Source of the DNA: an uncultured delta proteobacterium
Lineage (GTDB): Bacteria > Myxococcota_A > Polyangia > Polyangiales > Polyangiaceae
Assembly: GCA_963806225.1 (NCBI GenBank)
Contig: CAWDXG010000004.1
Location: forward strand, 5,504,001-5,568,000
Length of the DNA: 64,000 bases
Direction: 5' to 3'
Positions 33,704 to 47,864 of this stretch are shown one piece after another. The translations under genes and the position numbers were made by a program. Position 1 is the stretch's first letter. Each line of letters begins with the position of its first letter. Below the pieces are notes generated by a model. That model saw only the letters and a list, made by a program, of their open reading frames with translations. It did not search any database and had not been told where the DNA came from.

Positions 33704-34726
33704 CTACTCGTCGTCGTCCGCGTCGTCGTCGTCCGCGGGCCGCTTCTTCGCCTTCTTCTTGTTCTTCTTCCTGGGGGGGGGCGGCGGCTCTTCTTCCTCT
33801 TCGTCGTCGTCCTCTTCGTCCTCGTCAGCCGCGGGCTCGTCGCTCTCGTCCTCGTCCTCGAACTCCTCGTCCTCGTCCTCGTCGAGCAGCTCCTCTTCTT
33901 CCTCGAGATCCTCGGGCGGGGCCCAGCCGACCGGCAGTTTCGCCTTCAGGCTCCACGCAATACCGATGTAGCCGAGCAGCGCCGCGGGGATCGACAGGAT
34001 CTGACCCATCGTCAGCGGGTAGCTGGTCGGCAGCGTCTGGTACGCCTTGAAGTACTCGACGAAGAAACGCCCCGTGAAATACACGGCGAAGAACACCGAG
34101 ATGAGCAGGCCGCGCGGGCGCCGCTCCTTGCCCGCCCAGCGATCCACCAGGTAGAGCACCAGTATCACGAGCAGGCCGAGCCCGGCCTCGTAGAACTGGG
34201 TCGGGTAGCGGAACGGTCCGTGGAAGTTGCCGTCGTAGCGCGGGAAGCGGACGCCCCACGTTTGATCGGTGGGTCTGCCGACGATCTCGGAGTTGAAGAA
34301 GTTGCCGATGCGCACCAGCGTTGCGCCGAGGGCCGCCGAGAAGGCGAAGCGATCAGCGCCCTCCAGGAACGGCACGCCGCGGCGGCGCGTGAACAGCCAC
34401 ATGGCGAAGATCAAGCCGGCGGTGGCGCCGTGGCTGGCGAGCCCGCCCTTCCAGATCTCGAAGATCCAGACCGGATCGGCCAGAGCCTTCTTCCAATCGT
34501 AGAAGATGACGTGGCCGAGGCGGGCGCCGATCAGGACGCCGAACACGCCGTAGACGATGAAGTCGCCCGCGTCGTCCTCGTCGCCGCCGCCGCGCTCGAT
34601 CTGCCACTTGAGCAGCGCGTAGCCGCCCAGGAAGACGCCGACGAACAGCAGGCTGTAGTAGCGCAGGGCCAGCGGCCCGAGGTGGAGGAAGACCGGGTCG
34701 ATGTTCCAGGTGAACTTGGGAAGCAC
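33704..34726 (-). CDS. lgt: Prolipoprotein diacylglyceryl transferase with acidic C-terminal tail
   Basis: LRYYSL, GARLGHVIFY, WKGGLASHG, RIGNFFNSEIVG, PTQFYE, RFFVEYFK, MGQILS. Confidence 0.94.
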   Translation of the reverse strand: MLPKFTWNIDPVFLHLGPLALRYYSLLFVGVFLGGYALLKWQIERGGGDEDDAGDFIVYGVFGVLIGARLGHVIFYDWKKALADPVWIFEIWKGGLASHGATAGLIFAMWLFTRRRGVPFLEGADRFAFSAALGATLVRIGNFFNSEIVGRPTDQTWGVRFPRYDGNFHGPFRYPTQFYEAGLGLLVILVLYLVDRWAGKERRPRGLLISVFFAVYFTGRFFVEYFKAYQTLPTSYPLTMGQILSIPAALLGYIGIAWSLKAKLPVGWAPPEDLEEEEELLDEDEDEEFEDEDESDEPAADEDEEDDDEEEEEPPPPPRKKNKKKAKKRPADDDDADDDE

Positions 34727-34822
34727 TCTCTCGTTCTCTTATGGCAAGCGGGGGCCGCGACGGCGCGCGGTAGGATACCCGAATCGCGCTCTTGTGCCGG
34801 ACAATCGCCCAGGTGTGGCGGA

Positions 34823-36574
34823 TCAGGCGCCGATGCCGGAGAGCTCGGTGCGGTCGAGTCCCCACGGATGGCGCAGGAGTAGGCGCTCAGCCTGGCGTCT
34901 GAGCTTGTCGTCGAGCCGGCCGCGGCTCGCTCGGCGCAGGGCCTGGGCAAGATCGGCCGCCGAACCGAAGCGGTCGTGGCGGTCCTTGGCGAGCGCCAGG
35001 GCAAGCACGAGCTCCACTTCGGGGTAGAGCCTCACGTGCTGCCCGGGGCGCACGGGCTGGATGTGGACCACGTTGTACATCGTGCTCAGGGCGTCGGCGG
35101 CGGTGAAGGGCGGGCGCCCGGTGAGCGCGCGGTAGGCGAGGATGCCCAGCGCGAAGACGTCGGTGCGGTGGTCGACCGGCTCGCCGCGCGCTTGCTCGGG
35201 CGACATGTAGCTGGGCGTGCCGACGGCCACCTCCTTGGTCAGCGTGCTGCCCGCATCGCTGATGCGCGACACGCCGAAGTCCAGCACCTTCCACAGGCGC
35301 CGACGTCCGACTTCGATGGCGAACAGGTTCTGCGGCTTGAGATCGCGGTGCACGACGCCGGCCGCGTCGGCGACCATCAGCGCTTCGGCGACCTGGGTGA
35401 CCAGATCGACGGTGTCCCGTGTCGACAGACGTCGGTTCTCGCGCAGGTACCAGCCGAGGTCGTGCCCGTCCAGCCGCTCCATGACGAGATACGGCGAGCC
35501 GTCGACGGTCTCGCCGCTGTCGAGGACCTGGACGATGTGCGGCGAGTCAAGCGTGCTGCACAGCTCCGCTTCCCTCTGGAATCGCTGCACCTGCACCGGT
35601 TCGTCACGGACGACGAATGGGTGCAGCACCTTGAGTGCGACGTGCTCGCCGCTGCCGTGCTCGGCGGCGTAGACCTCGCCCATGGCGCCGCGTCCGATCA
35701 CCTCGCCGACGAGATAGGGTCCGAGGGTCTGGCCCGAGAAGCGACCGAGCTGTCCGGCACCGAGCACGCGATCCAGATCGGCGCGGGCTTCGTTCAAGAG
35801 CGCCTCGCGCTGGCGGATCTGCTGCTGCGCCGTTTCCAGCTCGGCGATCGCCCTGAGCGTCGCGCGGCGGCTGCTCTGCGCCAGAGCGAAGGTGAGCGCC
35901 AGGAAGACCTCGAGCACCAGCGTCACGACCACCATCGCCAGCGGGTCGGCGGTCTTCAGCGCGAAGACCGAGCGGCGGATGTCGATGACGCCGCCCAGCG
36001 CCAGTCCGCCCAGGAGGAGATAGCCGAGCGCCGCGAGCAAGTACACGCCCCACGCCTCCGCCTTCGAATCGCCGAGTCCGAAGTAGTACACGCCGATGAA
36101 CAGCGGGATCACCGTGGGCGAGAAGATGCCGGCGTAGTAGGTGACCGCGAGGATCGCGATTACCGTGAAGAGCCCGAACGCGAACACCAGACGCGGGTCG
36201 ACCTTGCGCTGTCCGCGACCGAGCAGCAGAAGGAGACCCGACCACAGGCTGATGCCCAGGAGCCCGCTGGTCGCGACCCAGCGCCCGGGGGCGTCGCTGT
36301 TGGGGATCTGCAGCGCGACGACCGCGATCAGCCCGACGATCAATCCCAGGCGCAAGAGCGCCCGGCCGCGCGCGGCCTGCTCGTCGCGGAGGGCGCGCGC
36401 CGTGGTGATGCTGGCGATCGTTCGAGAGGAGCTGCCCTCCTGCCGCCGTTCGAGCCCCGGTGGTGCTTCCGAAGGGCGCTCCGTGGCCAGCGCGCTGTCC
36501 GGTGTCTCCACCAGCGTCGCTTCGCTCTCGTCGGGCGCGCGCGCGTCAGGTCGGGATTCGACCTCGTCCACCAC
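34823..36574 (-). CDS. Membrane Ser/Thr kinase (N-terminal TM bundle, C-terminal kinase)
   Basis: About 6 TM segments and a coiled coil, then IGRGAMGEVY, VALKVL, HRDLKPQN, DFG, GTPSYMSPEQ. Confidence 0.92.
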   Translation of the reverse strand: MVDEVESRPDARAPDESEATLVETPDSALATERPSEAPPGLERRQEGSSSRTIASITTARALRDEQAARGRALLRLGLIVGLIAVVALQIPNSDAPGRWVATSGLLGISLWSGLLLLLGRGQRKVDPRLVFAFGLFTVIAILAVTYYAGIFSPTVIPLFIGVYYFGLGDSKAEAWGVYLLAALGYLLLGGLALGGVIDIRRSVFALKTADPLAMVVVTLVLEVFLALTFALAQSSRRATLRAIAELETAQQQIRQREALLNEARADLDRVLGAGQLGRFSGQTLGPYLVGEVIGRGAMGEVYAAEHGSGEHVALKVLHPFVVRDEPVQVQRFQREAELCSTLDSPHIVQVLDSGETVDGSPYLVMERLDGHDLGWYLRENRRLSTRDTVDLVTQVAEALMVADAAGVVHRDLKPQNLFAIEVGRRRLWKVLDFGVSRISDAGSTLTKEVAVGTPSYMSPEQARGEPVDHRTDVFALGILAYRALTGRPPFTAADALSTMYNVVHIQPVRPGQHVRLYPEVELVLALALAKDRHDRFGSAADLAQALRRASRGRLDDKLRRQAERLLLRHPWGLDRTELSGIGA

Positions 36575-36633
36575 GCCTCAAGGCTTGTCCCGACTACGGC
36601 GCCGGGACAAGGGGATCAAGTCCGGATGGCGAT

Positions 36634-38913
36634 CTACAGCGCGAAGTGGCGGCTCACCAGCGTGAGATCGCCGTCCTGGGAGGGGACGGCGCGCCGTGGG
36701 CGGGCGCGGAGCAGCGCCTTTCCGGAGCCGGGAAGACCGGGGCTGCGGTCGAGAGCGACCGCCTGGACCCTCTTTTCCGTCGCGAGGTCGAGCTGCACCT
36801 CGACGCCGTCCGGCGGCGCGCCGACCACCAGCAGGCGCTTCCACGCGCCGCGGCGTCGGAAGTAGGCGGGCGTACCGTCGACCCGGGCCGCGGTGATGGG
36901 AGTGCCCGCCGGGACCACCAGGGCGAGATCGCGTGCGCCGCGCAGCGAACGGATGGAGAGGCGTACGCGCCGGCCGTGGGCGGCGGGCGGCGCGGGCACA
37001 CGCTCGACGCCCGGGGCAGGCAATCCGGGATCCGGAGCCGGGCCGGACAGCGCGAACGCGTTCCACCCGCCCGACCACGGTGCCGGTGACACCGGTTCCG
37101 GCGAGAACAAGCCGGCGCGGAGCAGGGCGGGAGGCAGGGGGCCCTGGGACGCACCCGTGAGCCAGCGCGCGCGATGTGTCGTTGCGTTCGCGTCGAGCAC
37201 GAGGCTCGCCCGCTCGGGCAGGTCCGGCGAGAACGGCGCGGCGCGCGCCGCGATGGGCGTCGCGATCAACAGGGCCGAAAGCGCGCCCAGTACCGGGGCC
37301 CAGCGCAGGCGTCCCGGCGCGACGCACAGCGCCGGGACGAGCGGAGCCCATGCGAGCGCGACTACCGCGGCCAGCAGCGGCAGCGAGACGAAGCCCAGCG
37401 CGTCGTACAGGAGCAACAGAATGGGCATCCAGACGAACGCCGCTACTGCCACTGGCGCCAGAACGGCCATCGCGGCCCGCCACTCCGAGGCTGGCGCCGC
37501 TGCCCAGAGTGGTCCCGTAGCAGCCATCGCGATCAACGGTAGTTCCGTCAGGTAACTGGCGCCGGGTAGGCGTAGCGCGAGCAATGCGGTCAGCGCCGCA
37601 AGCCAGATGCCGCCGGCGAGCCAGAAGGCCGGCAGCCCGACGCGCCGCGCAAGCAGCGCCGCGGGCAGCGCGGTACCGAGCGCGCCGAGCGCCCAGCACG
37701 CGACCAGCGCGGGCAGCGGATGGGCAACGAACTGCACCGGCAGCGCGCCGGCCCGGCGGAAAACGTAGTGCAGGAGCGCCCCGCCGCTCCCCGCGAGCAG
37801 CCAGCCGAGCGGCAGCGCGGCCAGCGCCACGCCGAGCTCCGTGAAGCGGAATGCCCCGCGGCGTTTCAGGAACAATCCGCCGAGAGCCAGCGAGAGTGCG
37901 GCGACGACGAGCAGCGGCACGACCCAGCCGACCGGGAATTCAACCACGCGGAATCCGAGGACATCGAAGAACACGGCGTCGCCGCTCGCGGCGACTGGTG
38001 CGCCGTCTGCGAGCTTCCGGGCCAGCGCGAGCGCGCTCTCGCCTTCATGCTGCAGGCTGGCGGCGCTCGAGTGATCGAGATCGTCGAGCGGCGTGTGGTA
38101 GTGCGGTTCGTCGCCGATGAACGCGAAGTTCACTCCGGCGATGCCGGCGCGGCGGAACACGGTCAGGTCGGTGTCGTTGGGCAGCTCGCGGTAGACGGAC
38201 GCGAACACCGAGCTCGTGACGGGGTGGGGCAGGGAGGTCGCGAGCGCGCGGGCCAGAGCCGCGTTCCTGCCGCTGGTCTCGAACATCAGGCTTGGCCCCG
38301 AAGTGCCCCGCGCCTCGAGGTTGATGACGGCCGAGAGCCGGTGGGCGAGGGGATTGTGCTTCACGAACGCTTGTGCGCCGAGCAGCCCCGGTTCCTCGCC
38401 GTCGTCGAACAGGAGCGCGACGGGGCGCTGGCGCGGCGATTCGAGCTTCAGGATGCGCGCGATCTCGAGCAGCGACGCGACGCCCGCGCCGTCGTCCGAA
38501 GCGCCGGGCCCGGCGCCGACCGAGTCGTAGTGCACCGCCAGCAGCACCGCGCCGCCTTTCGAGCGTCCAGGCACGGTGGCCACGATGTTCGTCACCTCGG
38601 CGCAGGCGCCCGAGCGGCCGCAGCTCATGTTCTTCGACAGTTCGGGCTCGAGGCCTAGACGGCGGAGCTCGCCGACGATGCGCTGCCGCACACGGCTGTT
38701 CTCCGCGCTGCCCACCGGATGCGGCTGCTTGTCGCCCAGCACGCGATCCAGCGCCTCCCGCGCGCGCGTCGCCGAGAACCGATCGACTGGCGCATCCGCT
38801 GGTGCGGGGTCGGGGGGCAGGGTCCTGAGCGCAGCCAGAAACCCCACGAGCAGAACGAGCAGCACCGCAGCCAGCGGCAGCCACGGGGGCGGAGCGGTTC
38901 TTCCCTCTGCCAT
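36634..38913 (-). CDS. M28-family membrane metallopeptidase
   Basis: HPVGS, HYDSV, GASDDGAG, GEEPGLLGA, NLEARG, PNDTD, HYHTPLD, followed by a multi-TM region. Confidence 0.9.
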   Translation of the reverse strand: MAEGRTAPPPWLPLAAVLLVLLVGFLAALRTLPPDPAPADAPVDRFSATRAREALDRVLGDKQPHPVGSAENSRVRQRIVGELRRLGLEPELSKNMSCGRSGACAEVTNIVATVPGRSKGGAVLLAVHYDSVGAGPGASDDGAGVASLLEIARILKLESPRQRPVALLFDDGEEPGLLGAQAFVKHNPLAHRLSAVINLEARGTSGPSLMFETSGRNAALARALATSLPHPVTSSVFASVYRELPNDTDLTVFRRAGIAGVNFAFIGDEPHYHTPLDDLDHSSAASLQHEGESALALARKLADGAPVAASGDAVFFDVLGFRVVEFPVGWVVPLLVVAALSLALGGLFLKRRGAFRFTELGVALAALPLGWLLAGSGGALLHYVFRRAGALPVQFVAHPLPALVACWALGALGTALPAALLARRVGLPAFWLAGGIWLAALTALLALRLPGASYLTELPLIAMAATGPLWAAAPASEWRAAMAVLAPVAVAAFVWMPILLLLYDALGFVSLPLLAAVVALAWAPLVPALCVAPGRLRWAPVLGALSALLIATPIAARAAPFSPDLPERASLVLDANATTHRARWLTGASQGPLPPALLRAGLFSPEPVSPAPWSGGWNAFALSGPAPDPGLPAPGVERVPAPPAAHGRRVRLSIRSLRGARDLALVVPAGTPITAARVDGTPAYFRRRGAWKRLLVVGAPPDGVEVQLDLATEKRVQAVALDRSPGLPGSGKALLRARPRRAVPSQDGDLTLVSRHFAL

Positions 38914-38938
38914 GTCGGCCCACGTACTGTACCTGGAC

Positions 38939-39649
38939 TCAGAGCTCGATTCCGCTCTCGCGGAACTGGGCCTCGATGGCCTCGGACCAGCCCTTGTTGG
39001 CGCGCGGATTCGCGGGGCTCGGATGCAGGATGCTGCTGATGCGCGGGCCGCTGTCGCCTAGCACCAGGCGCGCGCGTTTCTCGGCGAAGGCGCCCACGCC
39101 GACGAGATGTTCAGGTTGGAGCAGCTCGACCACCTGGGAGAGTGCCTCGTCGCACGCGGCGTGGAGCGGCTCGCGCTCGGCCGCCGGCAGCTTGTCGGGC
39201 GTCCGGTTCCGCCCGCTCTCTTCGAGGAACGCGAGCGGGCAGTAGTTGACCACGAAGAAACGCTCGAAGAAGCGCCCAGGCGTGTCGAAGTGCGCGCGGG
39301 CCCAGCCCCACAGCCGCGCGCCGCTCACCTCGCTGCGCGGGCAGTCGAAGCCGAGCACCGGGCGCTTGTCGTGCTCTTTCCGCGGTCGCTTCACCTTGCC
39401 GTCGACGCCCATCCAGTCGCGGACGGCGCTCACCTCGCCGAAGGGCACCCCCGTCTGCGCCATGCCGAACGGTCCCGGGTTCATGCCGAGCAGGATGATC
39501 TGCTTCGGGCCGGTGCCGTAACGCCGCAGGTATTGCTCGTGCGGCTCGCGGGCATAGTCGAGCGGGTTGTAGACGAACGCGACCGGCGGTCCGAATTCGA
39601 GCCGGCCGACGCGACGGGAAAGCCTGCGGCTGATATCGACGAGATCCAC
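38939..39649 (-). CDS. SMUG1-type uracil-DNA glycosylase (UDG family 3)
   Basis: YNPLDYA, GMNPGPFGMAQTGVPFG, SEVSG, NYCPL, HPSPANP; start GTG 39649 inferred. Confidence 0.9.
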   Translation of the reverse strand: MDLVDISRRLSRRVGRLEFGPPVAFVYNPLDYAREPHEQYLRRYGTGPKQIILLGMNPGPFGMAQTGVPFGEVSAVRDWMGVDGKVKRPRKEHDKRPVLGFDCPRSEVSGARLWGWARAHFDTPGRFFERFFVVNYCPLAFLEESGRNRTPDKLPAAEREPLHAACDEALSQVVELLQPEHLVGVGAFAEKRARLVLGDSGPRISSILHPSPANPRANKGWSEAIEAQFRESGIEL

Positions 39650-39701
39650 GCTGTCCGCCGGCGTAGCACTGCTGTCGGGAGGCTGGGAGGTCCCGTGCCG
39701 T

Positions 39702-40721
39702 CTAGCGCGGATCGGCGAGGTCGCTCCAGGCGAGGAGGCAGTCCGGTTCGAGGTCCCGCGTCGCGACCTTTCCGAGCACCTTCTGGTACTCGGCCGACGG
39801 GATGCCGGTTCCGGGTCGTTTGGTGACGACGTGTCGACGCTCGATGCGCGTCCCAATAGGGATGGGCATCGACGTGACCACGCTGCGGTAGGCCCAGCGT
39901 CGCACCGGCTCCTCGAGGGCGTGGAGCTGCTTTTCGCCCTGCGACGCCTCGAAGATCGCTCGCACTCCCCGGACCAGGTCGGCGAGCTCGTCGGGCTCGA
40001 TGGACACCGAGGCGTCGGGCCCACCGAGACCGCGGTCGAGAGTGAAGTGTTTCTCCACCAGCCGCGCGCCGACGGCCACCGCACCGAAACAGGTGTAGTT
40101 GTCCGGCGTGTGATCGCTGTGGCCTATGCAGAGGTCGGGATACTTCGCGCGTAGCGTGCCGATCGTCCGCAGCGAGACGTCGGCGTGGCGCGTCGGATAC
40201 TCGCTCGTGCAGTTCATCAAGCTGAGCCGCACGCTGCCCCGGAACGCCGCGACGGTGGCCTCGATCTCGTCGAGCGTGCACATGCCGGTCGAGAGGATCA
40301 GATGGTCGGCGATCTCCGCCAGCTGCTCCAGAAACCACAGGTCGCGGAGCTCTCCAGAGCCCACCTTGAACTCGCGGACTCCAAGCGCCGCGAGCTCCCG
40401 CGCCGCGTCGATCGAAAAAGGCGTACACAGGTAGACGACTCCACGATCGCCGGCATGGGCCATGAGCCGTTCGTGATCGGATATGGAGAGCGCCACGCGC
40501 TCCAGGAAGTCATACAGAGGTTCGTCGAAGTTGTCGGACAGCGGAACCTCGGGGAGCATCTCCGCGCTTGCGATGTGGTGCTGGAACTTCACGACCCCGG
40601 CGCCGGCATCCGCCGCCGCGTCGATCATTGCGAGGGCGCGCTCGATCGACCCGAAGTGGTTGTCGCAGGCCTCCGCGACGACCACGGGTTCGGTGCGTTC
40701 GAGCAGGTTGGCAACGGACAT
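39702..40721 (-). CDS. neuB: N-acetylneuraminate/nonulosonate synthase family protein
   Basis: AEACDNHFG, VKFQ, FKVGSGE, LSTGM, CTSEYPT, SDHT, EKHFTLD, C-terminal SAF domain (KRPGTGI). Confidence 0.9.
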   Translation of the reverse strand: MSVANLLERTEPVVVAEACDNHFGSIERALAMIDAAADAGAGVVKFQHHIASAEMLPEVPLSDNFDEPLYDFLERVALSISDHERLMAHAGDRGVVYLCTPFSIDAARELAALGVREFKVGSGELRDLWFLEQLAEIADHLILSTGMCTLDEIEATVAAFRGSVRLSLMNCTSEYPTRHADVSLRTIGTLRAKYPDLCIGHSDHTPDNYTCFGAVAVGARLVEKHFTLDRGLGGPDASVSIEPDELADLVRGVRAIFEASQGEKQLHALEEPVRRWAYRSVVTSMPIPIGTRIERRHVVTKRPGTGIPSAEYQKVLGKVATRDLEPDCLLAWSDLADPR

Positions 40722-40799
40722 GAGCCGATACTATGCTTCAATCGTGCCCACTTCGCATACGGCGCGCACCAGGCCGACAGTCGCCGGGGAGGCGGACGG

Positions 40800-41501
40800 G
40801 TGACACGGTCGGTGGCGGTCATGCTGAACGCGCGGCTCCGTTCGACCCGCTGCGAGAACAAGATGCTCCGCGACTTCTGCGGCACCTCGCTCGCGGAGAT
40901 CGCGCTCCGCAAGCTCGCCGAGGTCGACGCCGACGAACGCTATTTCTGCGTGGGCGAAGCGCCGCTCATCGCCCTGTTCGAGCGCGTGCGCCCCGGCGGG
41001 GTGGAGCTGCTCGAGCGCGAAGCCGAGGCGGTGACCGGAGACGCTCCCCAGTCGGTCATCAACGCCCACTACGCCCGCGCCGGGACGACGCACATCGCGT
41101 TCATGAATGCCTGTCATCCCTTTCTGCTGCCCGGGACGCTGAACCGCGCCATCGCCCGGGTGAAGGAGGACGCGAGCGTCGACGCGTTGACCTCGACGGT
41201 GGCCCGCCGGGATTGGCTCTACGGCGAGGACGGTCGCCCGCTGGTGAGCGTCGATCTCGCGATCGGCGACACCAAGCGGAGCCCAGTGGTCCACCGCGTG
41301 GCCCATGCGTTCCACATCTTTCCGCGCGACCGCTTTCTTGCCGGAGAGCCCATCTTCCGCGACGTTCCGGGCGATCCACACCTGTTCGGGATCTCCGCAG
41401 AAGAGGCCATCGACATCGACACCGAGCTGGAGTTCGCGATCGCCCAGGCCTACGCGACCACCAGCGCGAGTGTGACGGAACGACCATGGTCCGGAAGATA
41501 G
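40800..41501 (+). CDS. Acylneuraminate cytidylyltransferase family protein (NeuA-like)
   Basis: ARLRSTRCENKMLRDF N-terminal motif, ACHPFL, EAIDIDTELEF. Confidence 0.8.
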   Translation: MTRSVAVMLNARLRSTRCENKMLRDFCGTSLAEIALRKLAEVDADERYFCVGEAPLIALFERVRPGGVELLEREAEAVTGDAPQSVINAHYARAGTTHIAFMNACHPFLLPGTLNRAIARVKEDASVDALTSTVARRDWLYGEDGRPLVSVDLAIGDTKRSPVVHRVAHAFHIFPRDRFLAGEPIFRDVPGDPHLFGISAEEAIDIDTELEFAIAQAYATTSASVTERPWSGR

Positions 41502-42670
41502 CCGTCTTCAGCGGATCACGCGGGGAGTACGGCTACATCCGCCCCGTCATGCAGGAGCTCCTGTCCCGGGGCCGGGCGAAGCTGACCCTCATCGTCTCGG
41601 GGATGCACACCGAGCCGACCTTCGGGGAGACGTTCCGCGAGTTCGAACGCGACGGGTTCACCATCGACCACCTCATCCGCAACACGGGACCGGAGCGTTC
41701 GCCTGCTTCGTCGATCGAGGATCTCGGGGCGCTGCTCTCGACGGTCGCGGGGGTGCTCGCCGAGGAGCGTCCGGACATCGTCCTGCTCTCCGGCGACCGC
41801 CGCGAGCAGCTGATCGTCGCGATCGCTGCGGCCAGCCTCGGTCTCGCCGTGGCCCACATCCAGGGCGGCGAGTTGTCGGGGCATTTCGATGGGGTGTTCC
41901 GCCACGCCATCTCGCGCATCGCGCACATACACTTCGTCGCCAACGAGCTGTGTGCGCGGCGGGTGCGCGCGCTCGGGGAGCACGCCTGGCGGATCCACGT
42001 GGTCGGCGCACCGCAGCTCGATGAGATCGTGGAAGGGCGGTTTTCGACTCCCGAGGAGGTTCTGCCCCGCTACGGGCTCTTCGCGCGCTCGTACCTGGTC
42101 GCCCTCCTGCATCCGTGCGCGCGGGACAGCTCCCCACCCGGCGAGGTGGCGCGCCATCTCCAGGCTGTTCTCGACGAGTGGCTGTCCGGCGATCCGGCGC
42201 GGCGCGTGGTCTGGATCGCCAGCAACAACGACCCGGAGCACGGCGCGATACGAGCCGTGCTCGACAAGCTCGAACACCCCTGCATCGTGGTCCCGTCGCT
42301 GCCGCGCTCCGAGTTCCTGACGCTGCTCGGCGGTGCGGCCGGTATCGTGGGCAATTCGTCCTGCGGCATCCTCGAGGCTCCTTCGCTCGGCGTTCCGGCC
42401 CTCAACATCGGGCAGCGGCAGAAGAACCGCCAGCACAGCGACAACGCCCTTCACGTCGGCACTTCCATCGAGGAGCTGCGGGGCGGGCTCGCGAGGCTTC
42501 CCGGCCTGGAGCTTGGCGCAACCGACAATCCCTACTACCGCCCTGGTTCTGCGGCGGCGATCGCCGACGTTCTCGAGAACATCGAGCTGACCGAGACGCT
42601 GCTCGCCAAGCAGTACGAAGATCCGCTCGCGGCTGCCCGTGAAGAACGCGATGGGCGGTCTTCGTCGTAG
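41486..42670 (+). CDS. neuC: Hydrolysing UDP-GlcNAc 2-epimerase
   Basis: SGSRGEYG, SGMH, SGDRRE, HIQGGELSG, RHAISR, GNSSCG, NIGQRQ. Confidence 0.88.
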   Translation: MVRKIAVFSGSRGEYGYIRPVMQELLSRGRAKLTLIVSGMHTEPTFGETFREFERDGFTIDHLIRNTGPERSPASSIEDLGALLSTVAGVLAEERPDIVLLSGDRREQLIVAIAAASLGLAVAHIQGGELSGHFDGVFRHAISRIAHIHFVANELCARRVRALGEHAWRIHVVGAPQLDEIVEGRFSTPEEVLPRYGLFARSYLVALLHPCARDSSPPGEVARHLQAVLDEWLSGDPARRVVWIASNNDPEHGAIRAVLDKLEHPCIVVPSLPRSEFLTLLGGAAGIVGNSSCGILEAPSLGVPALNIGQRQKNRQHSDNALHVGTSIEELRGGLARLPGLELGATDNPYYRPGSAAAIADVLENIELTETLLAKQYEDPLAAAREERDGRSSS

Positions 42671-42707
42671 AGATCGCCCGCGTACGATCCAGTATCCTGC
42701 AATCCCC

Positions 42708-47667
<4,960 letters not shown>

Positions 47668-47791
47668 GGCAGACTGATGGAAACCGTGCACTTCTGGAAA
47701 TGCAAGATGCGTTGTCGATAGGCACTTTGCTGAATGATTCCGGCCATCCCAGGGCCCAGGTGGCGGGCGTGCCCGGCAAACCGGCGTCCAC

Positions 47792-47841
47792 AAAAACGCC
47801 GCGGGGAGCGCGGCTCCTCGTGAGAGGAACCGGCTCCCCGG
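47792..47841 (-). terminator. Rho-independent terminator after the large lipoprotein gene
   Basis: Minus strand: GGGGAGC..TCCTC-TCAC-GAGGA..GCTCCCC stem followed by GCGGCGTTTTT, 24 nt after stop 47865. Confidence 0.65.
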
Positions 47842-47864
47842 ACGTTCTACCTGGGTTGTGCTGG

